A DNA stretch of 64,000 nt from Phyllosticta citribraziliensis (Eukaryota), in NCBI RefSeq assembly GCF_038025025.1, contig NW_027117341.1:186001-250000 (forward strand). Reading direction: 5' to 3'. Shown here piece after piece: positions 12,877-24,342 of the stretch. Position 1 is the first letter of the stretch. The number at the start of each line of letters is the position of its first letter. The notes beneath the pieces were generated by a model. That model ran no database searches and was not told the DNA's origin. It saw nothing but the letters and a program-made list of their open reading frames with translations. The translations under genes were made by a program, and so were the position numbers.

Positions 12877-13328
12877 AAGAAGCCCTAGAAGGACCGGAGG
12901 TTTTGGGAAGCTCGTCTCAAGGGTATCAAGCGTACGGTCCATCCCGTTCTTGCTCTCCCAACAGGACCAACTCAATTTCAGGAGACATGAGACTGATGGC
13001 ACTAGGCTTGTTCAAGCGCCACAAGAAAGGGGATCCACCGCCTTTCTTCGAATCGAGAAGATGATCTCCATAATAAGTAATGACCAGTGAGTTGGACCCT
13101 TGATTTCTCGACCCCGGCTGAGCGACTGACCATGCGTAGCAAACACGCCTCATCAGGGGGAATATCAGCATAATGGCGCAGCAGCGGGAGGAGTCATTGG
13201 ACAAAGTTCTTTGGGAGTACCTGATTAGCCATGAATCATGCACGCAATAGAATCCCCTTCGTTTATCGACCGTCCATCCTGTTGAAATTTCTTTTTCTTG
13301 GGTGACTCTAACCTAAGGCGATGCGCTT

Positions 13329-14518
13329 TCATGCCTCTCTTCTTCGGACAAAAATAAACAAGGCCTCGTCCTTGCCAGCGAAGCTCGGCAGAGGCACCTG
13401 CGCAACGCGCTCGAAGTCCTTCTTCTCCCGCGCCATCCACTCGGCAATCGTCTCAGTCTGAAACCCAGTATACCCGTTGTGATTCTGCGTCCCCGCCACG
13501 ACAATGTAGTCGCCCTCATACGCTCTCAGCACCTTGCCCGTGAAATCGGCGCCGACCTGCGGATACACCAGCAGCAGAATCTCATCCCTCGCGCCGCCAT
13601 TCTGCTTCAAGAACTGTATGCCATCGGCGTACACCGTGTCGCCAATCCACATGGAGCGCCACTCGCTATGCAGATTGTCGACGGCGGTGACGCGCAGCCC
13701 GGCGCGGCGCAGCAGCAGCGCCCAGTACCCGTTGCCGGAGCCTATCTCGAGGACGGCGCGGCCGGGCCAGCCCTTGGGCTTGGGCTGCGGCGGAGCGTGC
13801 AGCGCCAGCTGCTGCAGCAGCGCCAGCGCGTCCCACGTCGGCACCACGCAGCCGAAGTGGTGGTAGAAGACGGGCAGCACGTGGTGCGAGATCTTGGTCG
13901 CGGCGGTGCTGGGGACCGGCCCGCTCCACTCCAGGTTGTGGCACGACCAGGCCCAGTAGTCGTAGTAGGGGTTGGGCAGCGGCTGTTTGCGCTTGTTGGG
14001 GAGGGTCAGCGTGACGGGGGTGCGCGGGGATGCGGCCGCGAGGTAGAGGTGGGATTGGAGGTGTGCGGCGACGGCGGCGCGGAGGCTGTCTTTTTTGGCG
14101 TTGGAGGCGAGGGCGCGGAGGGCGGAGGCGGTGGAGGTCGAGGGGGAGAAGATGGTCGTGTACGCTGTTATGTCTGCGTCTGGCGGCGGAGGCATCTGGT
14201 CCGGTCTTGTTCAGCAGCGCTCTTCCTGATAGAACTTCGAGGTCTGTCTACCTGCTTCCCCTCTTCGTCGACGTACCAGCCGTGTAGCCCATGCTTGCCT
14301 CCAAAGCCAATGGCGTGTTGGACCTGGTCCAGCGTCACTTCGGCGGTGGCGCGGTAGACATATTTGTCCGAAGGTGGGAGTTTGAAGGCCTTGATGATGG
14401 AGCTCCGGAGGTCATTGCCCTGCGGAAGGGCGTCGGCGGTCCATGACGAGAGGAAGGCCTCGGGGTCGAATGGAGCGGGAGAGCCGACCGTGTACGGCTG
14501 CTTTGGCGGAGATGGCAT
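13329..14518 (-). CDS. Fungal protein with a C-terminal class I SAM-dependent methyltransferase-like fold; 2 exons
   Basis: ORF 14168-14518 splices (EGKQ|gtagac...cag|MPPPPDAD) into ORF 13329-14195; motif I VLEIGSGNGYW followed by VTAVDN. Confidence 0.75.
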
Positions 14519-14892
14519 TTGGTGTAGGTAAGGTAGTTTTGGGCACGGAAGAATCTTGGATGACGTCGAGCTGCGGCACAGCTAGCGGTGTCGCGGCGGT
14601 AAACGCGTGGGATGAAAGTCGTTGCCGTGTCTTCAACACCACACAATAATTGGCCGTGGCCTCTCCGAACCACCACCGCGCTCTCATAGGTACCATCTTC
14701 CCTGCGGCCCAATTGCTGACGATCGCTTGATCTCTTTTCGGCATTCGATTGTTCAGTCGTCAATGCATTTGGTCACCCTCCAACAGCCCGTTCCGAACAT
14801 GTCGCGTTAAAGTGAACCGAAAATCAACGCCATCCCCGTTGTCCGACCTCATCTCGCGTATCAAAGCCAACTCTTGAAGAAACACCATCACC

Positions 14893-17660
14893 ATGCTTTT
14901 GAAAAAGCCAATTCGGCCGTCAAGGCCCTGTGTGCCCCACCTCCCAAAGACATGTGGCCGGCGATTTTTGAGGTCGTCGCCAGCAAATTTCGGCGACAAA
15001 TCACCGCGCGACTGGATGAAGCAGATTGCCGAAGAAAACAAGAGACGCTTCAAAGAAGCAAGATGGACAAAAGAAGGGCGCGATGAGGTGATCAACGCAC
15101 CGAGACGCCCGCTGGAGCCTCTCAATCATGAATCTCGGCTAGACACGCCTAAACAACCTTCCGAAGGAGCGGACAAGCTCTCCCTGCACGAAATGACGTT
15201 GGACGAATTGGTCGAAGTGTCGGCGTTGATTCAGAAGCGGATTGAGCGCCTGTCACTGCCTTCCAGCGGTGAATCCACGAGAGAAGAGATCAAAAGATTT
15301 ACGAAAGAGCGCTTTGAGGGACGCGACGACGAATTAAGAGGGTTGCAAGAGATGCGCAAAGAGAACATGGAACGGAGCCCAGAAAGAAGCCGACCATGGA
15401 CCTTCCGCAACAATGATTTCAACCAACGAGAACTGGACCAGTTCAAAGTAGCTGAGAAAAGGGTCGAGGAGATGCTTGCCCGAGCAAACCTCCCGTCACC
15501 GGCGACACGCCCATTTTTTAAGTCTGAGTTTGGCCCCCGTAAAGGACCTGGCCACGATGAGCTTGCATCCCGACTGTCTGGAACACGGACTCACTCACAA
15601 CAAGAGGTTCCAAACGCGACGAATACTGAGTCCGTTCCTCCCCACGCTCTGAAGACGGATGATCAGCATTCGCAACCTTTGGCATCTTCGAGTGGATCCA
15701 CCGAGAGCAAATTGTCTTCTCCAGATACATCGGTACAAGAGCAACCTTTATCGATGTGCAGAGATCAGCATCTGCCTGAGGACACAGAATTGGGATCTCA
15801 ACGCTCCAAATTGGCCAGAGAACGTACCGAAAAAGCAACTGAGTGGCTTAAAGATATGCTTCGTAAAGCAGGCAAGCTTGATGAAGCACCGCCGGGCAGC
15901 CAGCAGTGGTCCATCCAACAGGAATTCGAACCACCGCAAAAAATCGAGCCGCTGGTTTTTTCACTCGCAGAAAAAGCATGGGTCAAGTCTGAAAATGCGA
16001 CGAGCCTCGATTCCAACCAACGCAAGTTCAAATTTGGAGATGTTCTGCCAGTTGTGCAATGGAATTTGCGCATGTTTGGACCCAGCCAGTATATTCCAGC
16101 ACGCTCCACTGCCGCCATGGATGTATTGGAAGAAATCTTTGGGTGGAAACCAACCTCCATGGCCGTTAAATTGCATGAGGTCAACCCACAGACGTTACAA
16201 AGCATCATGAACCATCCCTGGGTCCAGCGTAACTTCTTGGTGGGCTTTGACGACAAATCTAACATTTTCAATGGTAAATTTCCTGCTGAAGTCGGGCTCG
16301 ATGATTTGCCATCTCTTCTTTTGGTGTCTGCGGATTTAATCACAGATAATTGGATAAGCAGACGTATTGGCCAATCTCATCGTGTTTTAAGCGTCGACCT
16401 CCCTATCCAAGGCCAAAACGAGCAGCAAGACCGGAGAGATCTCTTGAGACTCTGCGCCGCGAGACTGGAACGGGTTGTGCTGGGGAACCGTTGGACAGCT
16501 TTCGATGAAGATCGAGAAAACAACCGCAAGACAAAGATGGAAAAAGAAATCGACGACTTCATGAAAACAGGACACAATACGGAAGACAACGTAGTCTCTA
16601 CAGTCATGGCAAGAGATCTGACCTTTCGCCATTTGGACGGTAGTCGCTCGCGACAGTATAGACACAAGTACAAATGGTGGAACAATGGTGCCATGAGAAC
16701 TCGCGAAGCAAGAGTGGTCGATTTCTGGAGTTCAGCAACGAGCGCTGCATTCATCAACAATATGGAAATCGACAAGCTGACCCGGGGAGGAGGCCAATTC
16801 CAATACGGGATAAACTGCAAGAAAAACCTGGGTCACGTCTCACAAGCTGGACCAACCATGGACATGTCCCCTCCATTGCTCCTCTCAGAATACGGTCTGC
16901 AATTTCAGGCCCGTTCATGGCGCGAAGTCGTCGACAATGATATGCTGGGATGGCCGAGAAATGTAGCTCGAGTGCAGAGGAGCAAGTACTGGCCTTACGG
17001 ACCGGGATCGAGATTGCCGGCTTTCCACCGGCAAGAACAATCGCTGTCAGACGTCCCAAGGCCACCTGTGCTTCCAAATATGCCAACAAAGGATGTGTCC
17101 CAAGAGGCTACCGATGCAGTGGAGAAAGAATTGCCTATCACCAATACAGAGCCGACAGACGACGCGAGCGCCTCGACACCACCTTCCATCAGCTACCAGG
17201 AGGCTACCGAGATAATGGAGAAAGGGTTGCCAATCCCCCGCACAGAACCGAAAGTCAGAACAGAGCCGAAAGTCAGCAAAGAGCCAAAAGCCGACGCGAG
17301 CGCCACTACACCGCCTGCATTCAATAACTTCACGTGCAGCCCAGGCTTCAACTACGACTTGACCGAGCACAGCGAAGTCATGATGTGGGCGAGCGACGAC
17401 TACGGAATCGCTCGGAATATCAAGGTACATTTCACACGTTTGCCACCGTCACAACTCGTCGTTCTTGCCGATCGTTCTGCTAATGCTTGCACTGTCAGAT
17501 CGTCGAGAAAGGGCCAGGCTGGTATGGTGGAAAGAGACGCAAGCCGAAGAAACCGTCACCGCAAGAGGATACTGTTGCCGAAGTGAAGACGGATTTGGCT
17601 GGTTCGACGACTGAAGACCCTGAAGCGGGCCGGGATTTAACGGCTACTGGGTCAGTATAG
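14893..17660 (+). CDS. Degenerate EEP (TDP2-like) fold protein, paralogue A; long charged N-terminal extension; intron 17425-17498
   Basis: Ordered EEP blocks VVQWNL, KLHEV, HPWVQRNF, VLSVDLP, LRLCAARLE, MARDLT, RVVDF, WASDDYGI. Intron gtacat...gctaat...cag gives a final exon IVEKGPG...GSV* ending at 17660. Confidence 0.7.
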
Positions 17661-18466
17661 GACGGTGTGCATGAAAGCATCTCACGCGCCACTGCGCCGG
17701 CTTGTCATTGTCTTATCATTCCATGACCTCATGTCCGTCTGGAACGACCTTTACGAAGAGTTGAACCAACGTCGCAATGTGGCCTGCAAATCTTAGCAGC
17801 AGGAAGCATTTATCGTCTTGCTGACGCGGTAATGGGAGAGGCTCTGCGGGGTCTCCATAGCCTTTCCCGGACCACATCGTCGCCTCTGTAATATACTACC
17901 AAAGCTTCATGCGCTTTAGCGAGTGGAGTGTCGCTGATACCTCAAACTGCTTCTCCGTTTGCTGGTCGAATTGTGCCGTTTTCTGGTCATCTTTGCGGTC
18001 TGCTTTCGCTCGCCAGCTCGTTGCGTTTAGGCAGAGAGATATGACCCTTTTCTTTTGTCTTTTCGTCCTTTTGTGCCGTGTCGTCCCTCGACGCCGCGGA
18101 CACATCGGCGCTGTCATACTTGACCTGACGGCAATGTGTGGCTCGGTCAGTGCGACTCTTCGTACTCGATGACTCCAAAATTCAGGCGCTTGTCACACGT
18201 TGCACGGTCGCAAAATCAGGGATTGCACAGCATTACCGTGTTGGCTAAGGCAAGGCTGGCCCCACTCACAGTCTCGTGTAATTGTTCGCGACGGGTGCAG
18301 GTATTTCTCCCACCTCATGTCAGCCAGAAATTTTCCTCTGGCAACCACAGAGCCCCTTGGAGACAGCGGGAAAAGATCAGAGGCAATTCGACCTCCAGCG
18401 ATAAGGCTTTGGGTTACAATGTTCGAGTCCCACGTCCCACTCAAAACTCACCCGTTTCCTCGAATC

Positions 18467-20593
18467 ATGAGCCGAAACCGATTAACAACTCTGAGTTCTC
18501 AAACTGATCATCTCTCCAGGGAATACGATTCACTAGCTCCTGGACCATACGAATACGCACGTTTGAAAGAACCGGACAGACAAATCCGCCTTTTCTACCT
18601 GGAGAAATACCACAAAAACAGACATCAGAATCCGCCAAACAGTGCTTCTGTACAGGACAACCTCCAGGAAGAATCTCAAATTTCCGGCCATCTGGAGCAC
18701 ATCTCCATCGACGACCACCCGGAATATGTCGCCTTGTCGTACACTTGGGGAAGTCCGAAGACTCCTTTTCGAATCCGCGTGGATGCCTCCTACCTGAGCA
18801 TAACGGCCAATCTGTATGCCGTACTTGGAGTACTTTCAAAAATTCCGCAACTGCAAGGAGGCCCTCTGTGGATTGACGCGATCTGCATCAATCAGAGGAA
18901 CGAGGACGAAAAGAACTTTCAGGTGCCCCTCATGGGCAGGATTTATAGCGAAGCAAGTGAGGTGTTTGCTTGGATAGGAGAAGAGGCGGACGGGAGCTCT
19001 GGCGTGCTTGATGGCTTGGTTGCTACTGGGGAGTACTGGCTTGGTATACACGTACCTTTTGCGAAAACCCGTCTTCGGAGAAGAGCCGAGGATTTGTTCT
19101 TTCTCTCACGCAACAGAGGGTTTGATTACAGTCCGGGTAATCGTTTACTCGACGCGCTCAAACAGATACTCGATCCTACATGGACACCCAGTACACAAAC
19201 CCAAAGGCTCTTCAAAAGGGCTTGGTGGCGCCGTGTATGGGTTATCCAGGAGGTCACTCTCGCCAAATATGTGTCAATACTTTGCGGCACTCGCCTCTTT
19301 TCGTGGGAGAAAGTGATGGGAGCGATTAGTTATTTCTCCCACGTACAGCAGATGGCATGGAAGAAGGGACCGTTCTCTGGTATTAAATCCTTGTATGGGC
19401 CTGCTGAACACTTTGAGATATTCCGGGTCAGATTCCAGCGGAGCGTGCCGGACATCATGTGTCGTTCATTTGGGGAAGAGCTCGCCATCAAAGGGATATC
19501 CGACGAGTCCACCCGGAAAGCCTTCCCAGAATTATACGAAACAGGCCTTACTCTCTGGGAAGCACTCTTATGCCTCATGAGACTAGACCATGACGCGTTC
19601 GAGGCGTCTGATGAGAAAGATCGGGTATACGCATTCCTTGCCTTCTTCAGGCCAAGCAGTCGAGACCGAATCCATGTCGACTACTCGAAGAACACAAGAT
19701 TTTCTGATATTCTGAACAGCCTCACACGCAACTTGTTTCAGGAACACGGTCCACGCATTCTCGCATACCGCCAACCTAATTTGGATGAAGCCGAAGACTT
19801 GCCTTCGTGGTACATCGATTGGACTAGAGTGGAGCAAGGTCTGGCTTTGTTCGATCCTGCTGGGCTACTATATACCTGTGCATCGGGAAATGAGAAGTGG
19901 TGTTCTGAAAAGTGTCACATGGACAACGGTCTCCAGTTGCCACTTGAAGGAATCAAGGTATCCACAGTCGATCTGATAGCGAATCTTGAAATCAACCCTT
20001 TGCTAGGAACCAGTCCTCCAATGGGAGACAACGCTTCAACGGAGACCAGCCCCTGGGAGCTCGAGGATCCAATTCAAGACAGAGAACAAGTCGAGGAATT
20101 CACATCCTGGATCCGACTGATGGAAAAGCTCCTGTCAAAATCACACGAAGACTCCCCAGCGCGTGCCGCGAGCAATTTGTCGTCGAAGCAGAATTTATGG
20201 CTCGTTCCCATTGCAGGGGATCAGGATGGCCGGTACCCCTTGGTCTCGAACAGCAGTCCTGGGTGCACGATAGAAGCCTTCCAGACCGTGACCGGCGAAA
20301 AGAAAACGGATGGAGCATCCAAGGAGGGGATTTGGGAATACTGGAGGCGCTTGAAACTCAACGGCAATAAAGGCTTTGTGACTTCTGACGGCAAGGCAGG
20401 CCTGGGACACAGGACCGTGCAAGAGGATGATTTGATCGTCATCTTCAAGGGCTGCAAGTTCCCCTTCCTCATCAGACTTCGCTGCGAAGAGCGGAAAGAG
20501 TATGAGTTGGTTGGCGCGTGCTACGTCGATGGAATCATGTACGGAGAAGCGATGGAAAGCGATCCGACATTTGAAGAGATGTTCCTGGTCTGA
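18467..20593 (+). CDS. HET domain (heterokaryon incompatibility, HET-6-like) protein
   Basis: QIRLFYL, YVALSYTWG, LWIDAICINQ...EKNFQVPLMGRIYSEA, WWRRVWVIQE, DEKDRVYAFL, LPSWYIDW, YELVGACYVDGIMYGE. Start taken at ATG 18467; upstream in-frame starts exist. Confidence 0.93.
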   Translation: MSRNRLTTLSSQTDHLSREYDSLAPGPYEYARLKEPDRQIRLFYLEKYHKNRHQNPPNSASVQDNLQEESQISGHLEHISIDDHPEYVALSYTWGSPKTPFRIRVDASYLSITANLYAVLGVLSKIPQLQGGPLWIDAICINQRNEDEKNFQVPLMGRIYSEASEVFAWIGEEADGSSGVLDGLVATGEYWLGIHVPFAKTRLRRRAEDLFFLSRNRGFDYSPGNRLLDALKQILDPTWTPSTQTQRLFKRAWWRRVWVIQEVTLAKYVSILCGTRLFSWEKVMGAISYFSHVQQMAWKKGPFSGIKSLYGPAEHFEIFRVRFQRSVPDIMCRSFGEELAIKGISDESTRKAFPELYETGLTLWEALLCLMRLDHDAFEASDEKDRVYAFLAFFRPSSRDRIHVDYSKNTRFSDILNSLTRNLFQEHGPRILAYRQPNLDEAEDLPSWYIDWTRVEQGLALFDPAGLLYTCASGNEKWCSEKCHMDNGLQLPLEGIKVSTVDLIANLEINPLLGTSPPMGDNASTETSPWELEDPIQDREQVEEFTSWIRLMEKLLSKSHEDSPARAASNLSSKQNLWLVPIAGDQDGRYPLVSNSSPGCTIEAFQTVTGEKKTDGASKEGIWEYWRRLKLNGNKGFVTSDGKAGLGHRTVQEDDLIVIFKGCKFPFLIRLRCEERKEYELVGACYVDGIMYGEAMESDPTFEEMFLV

Positions 20594-20638
20594 AGGAGCA
20601 TTCATTTGCTTCAGCAGATGACTGATGGGGAGCACTCA

Positions 20639-20728
20639 CGCGTGCTACAGGACGGAATCAGGGAGGGCGACGCGATTAAATACAACCCAATCTTTCACGA
20701 GATTTTCCTGGTCTGAGGAAGCAGTCAT
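20639..20728 (+). repeat. Degenerate direct duplicate of the last ~25 codons and stop of the HET-6-like gene
   Basis: 20639-20728 (cgcgtgctacag gacggaatc...gagattttcctggtctgaggaagcagtcat) aligns with 20515-20605 (cgcgtgctacgtcgatggaatc...gagatgttcctggtctgaaggagcattcat). Confidence 0.8.
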
Positions 20729-21216
20729 ATACTGTGACGTCTACCTGAGAGAGCGTTCCAACGCCATATCCGAAGACTAACAGGGAGCATTCGAGCGTCC
20801 ATAAGTGTAGTGATCAGGAGGTTGTGTCCAAGACTTTTGCTGAAAAGTCTTAGGGGCCATCTACAGCGGCAAGACGGCGAGACAAGTGTTCCCAATCACC
20901 CTTTCCCTCCCAGGAGTTGCATTACGCGTTTACATCGAAGCTGACAACCGTCCCGGAAACCAGAATGCCCGCGAAAGTCCTGCAGAGCCACGCGCAGCAT
21001 CCAGCGAAAAGAAAGTGACTGACGATTCAACGAAGCCAATAACCTTCGCGGACTTTGAGTTAAATGGGAGTCGATACGCGCATCCCCTATTCGAAGCGGG
21101 CAGCTTCCAGAAAGGAAGTTGGTCGTGGACATCATTTAGTCAAGCGCCGCGTCCATTCTCAACGTTGGACAACTTGCATTGTCACCTTCCCGTTTTTTTC
21201 TTGGATCAGATCCATC

Positions 21217-22811
21217 ATGTTGATGCCGAAGCGACTTGGCAGCCTAGCGCGCTGCTCTCTCGGCATCGGGAGAAGGATGTACAGCCAGCAGATATTGGCC
21301 AAGCTCTGGGACTCCATGAACGAAGCCATGGACATGAAGAAGCCATCCTCCAGGAAAAACCTTTCAAGCGACCCAGTACCGCCCAAAGAGCGAATGAGGA
21401 TCCAACCACTGGTTTTTTCAAACACAAAATCCGACTGGGTTGCGGCAGAGGACAATGCTCAACAGTCCTGCCTAGAGACTGGAGCCATCCTGCCAGTAGT
21501 CTCGTGGAACCTACTATTTTTTGGCTTTGGTGGATACGTCGCAGCGCGCTCCTTAGCAGCGATGGATCATTTAAGAAATATTTTTGGAGAGCGACCGCGC
21601 CCGATGGCCTTGATGCTACGGGTCGATCTCGAAGATTTAAGGACCATCTTAGAGCACGAGTGGGTTCGACGCAATTTCGCCGTTGGCTTTGATACTACTC
21701 CGTTTACGCAGCCAAGCCTGGGTGTCTTTCGTGGTCCAAAAGATTCCGTCATGATGGTTTCCAAAGAACTACGCACTCAGCATTGGCTACTCGTCAAAGG
21801 CGTCTTGAGCGTTGACCTCCCGACAGGTGGCCACTACGGTCCTGAGAAAAGTGGCAAAGTTCTGAGGCTCGGTTTTGTACGTTTACGGCACTTTCGAAAG
21901 TTCAGTGAGCGGGATTTTCGCATCGAAAATAGGCTTCGAAAATTGCTAGATCCGGAGTTTTTTCAAAAGGAGCTAAATGAGGCCAAGGAGTCCATCAAAC
22001 CCGTGGTCCAAAAAAGACTGTTGAAGGAAATAAAAGAATATATGGTAAAAGAGTTCCGACCTGGTGACGAGGTGGTTGCTGCGGTGTTGGGAGCAGACAT
22101 CGCTACAGGTGATCACGGCATCCCGAGGACCGCCTACAGGTGGAGGAAAGTTGGGGCTGTCAGCCGGCCTACAGACCTGGAAAATGTCAGGACTGATCGA
22201 GTTGTCGACTTCTTCCTCTCAAAATCGGTTGAACGGGTCAGGGTCGAAGAAATATACGAGGAGATGGCGAAAAACGGGATACGCAGCAAAGTTCCATTGC
22301 AGGAAGTGATGAAGTATGGTATCAACCGCAAAGTCCCACTGGGACCTTTTCCAAAGGAGAAAAAACCCACTGTCGCATCGTATTCCGATATGCTGTCGTC
22401 CTATACGGCAAACACAAACCGCAGCTGGAAGGACCACTCCTATTTCGGCTGGCAAAGAAATCGTATTTACAGTGACGGTATGTCCGATCTCCAGCACGAA
22501 AGGGACATCCTTGGACCTCGACTTTGGGCTCGCCGAAGCCTCAATTCCAGGGCGGAAGAAAAGTCATCCAAGACGTCTGGAGACTCGTTCACAATACCGT
22601 CCTTCGCTCAAATTTTCACAAACGATCCGAGATTCAACTACGACTTGCACAAAGGAGAGGTTTTGATGTGGGTCAGCGATGACTACGGAGACATCACTGG
22701 TATCAAGGTATGGCAGTTGAGAGATCGTTCGACTCATTTTGTTGACACATTGAAAATCAGGTCGTGGGAGGTGAACTGAAGCAAAATGCGGAACCCAACG
22801 GCCCTTCATGA
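21217..22811 (+). CDS. Degenerate EEP (TDP2-like) fold protein, paralogue B; intron 22708-22760
   Basis: VVSWNL, AARSLAAMDHLRNIFG, HEWVRRNFAVGFD, VLSVDLP, RVVDFF, FNYDL...MWVSDDYG match paralogue A. Intron falls after the same IK codons. Start 21217 (MLMPKR) is preferred; ATG 21064 is possible. Confidence 0.7.
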
Positions 22812-23334
22812 ACAATGAATCCTGTACGACTCAAAGAGAAGCTGATTCATTTCCTACCATGCAGCATCATAGTACTGTTCATACTTCCATGAGTTTTAAT
22901 TCTCCGCGGATTTCCTTTGTTTCGTTTGAATTCCCAAACCGTCACCATGAAGTTTGGCAACGATAAAAGCAGGAAATCGCCAGCAATTTAAGGAGGACTG
23001 AAAGATCATCATCACAACCAACTGAAGGAGAAATGTTTGGTTTGGACAGGAGCGAGGGGTTCAAGGACTGGAAGATGTCCCCGATTCTTAAATGGTTCTT
23101 CTTCAGACCGCCGTGAAGAAGGTCTTCGGATTGGTCAATGCAGAAAAGCTTTTGATCAAGTGGAAGGTCAAGCCATGGTTCCCAATTTCCAGGAGAATCA
23201 AGCACTATACGGTCACCAGTCTTCGGAGGCAGGCAGCAGTCGAAAGTCATGATATTCGTGTGCTTGAAGGGGTATCTAATCGCTTGAGTGTAGCCTCCCC
23301 ACGAGCATCATCTATGTCGCTCCGTCTAGGCGAC

Positions 23335-23816
23335 CTACTGGGTCGTGACAACGCCGTCTTCCTCGACGGTGATGTGGTCGTTGGTGGACAGGATGGAGAC
23401 ATTGTCCGCGGGCAGCTCGGCACTGTCGAAGCAGTCAGCCTGGAGTTCATTGCACATCCCATGAACATGTTCAGTCCCAATTCATAGTCGACGTCCGTAT
23501 ACGAAGCCATCGTCTGTGTGATGTCCGGACATTCCGATCCTGCCTTGGATCTGGGGAATGTAGATAAGGTTGGAGCGGGGTCGACGTACGTGAAGCCCTT
23601 GATGAGCTTGAACTCGGTGAGGATCTTTCCGCCTTGGTCCGTGACGGTCTTCTTTGCCCTGTATCGTGTCAGTTACTTGAGCTGTGTCTTAACAGGACTC
23701 GACCTACTTCTCAAGCTCCTCGTGGCTGGCGCCTTCCTTCAGGGTGACCTGGACGATATCAGCAACGGACCCCGCATCAGGCAACCCTCGAGGTATCATA
23801 CGTTGACGTTGGGCAT
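23335..23816 (-). CDS. Peptidase inhibitor I9 family (proteinase B inhibitor PBI2/POIA1-like), 70 aa, 4 exons
   Basis: Exons 23816-23802, 23748-23708, 23658-23590 and 23422-23335, all with GT/AG borders, translate to MPNVNVTLKEGASHEELEKAKKTVTDQGGKILTEFKLIKGFTAELPADNVSILSTNDHITVEEDGVVTTQ*. GG.I...F.LIKGF and VEEDGVVTTQ are typical of I9. Confidence 0.85.
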
Positions 23817-24342
23817 TCTGGCAACAAACGGGTTGGACTTGGTAAGAGGTGTTGGTAGAGGAATCACTGGAGAGGGATGAAGAGAGGAACCTGGGACAGG
23901 TGAGCCGGCAAGCTTAAGTAGCAGGTGATGAGCCAGCCCCTCCATCCCAAAAGCCGTAGCAAGGCGGCGCTTGATGACGTGCGTTGGCAGCAAAGCCCAC
24001 CATGATAACGTGGCGGTCAGCTTCAACTGGCACCGCAGAATCTGGGAAAATCGCCCGGCAAAACCGCGACGCTGACGCCATCATCACCAATCTGACTCAC
24101 TGCACCGAGCAGCTCAAAAGGGCCTCTAGCATCGAGGGAGACAACCGGGGGAGTGCTGAGAGGACAAAGTGGTTGCCGCAGCGAGGGCGGAGCAGTCGGC
24201 GGGCCCGACTCGCCGCGCTTATCGATAAAGCGGACACGAGTCAGTTTAGCGCGTCGTGGAAATCCGACCCTTGCTCTCACATCCAAAATTTCAACTCTGC
24301 TGAGCTCGACACTGCTTTGCGCCAGCCCGCCGCGCAACCACC

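Noticed and set aside
20886..21692. 268-aa ORF overlapping paralogue B in another frame
   Set aside because: GTG start and no recognisable motif; the paralogue-supported frame explains the overlap.
22900..23300. Possible gene relic after paralogue B
   Set aside because: Short interrupted frames with no recognisable similarity.
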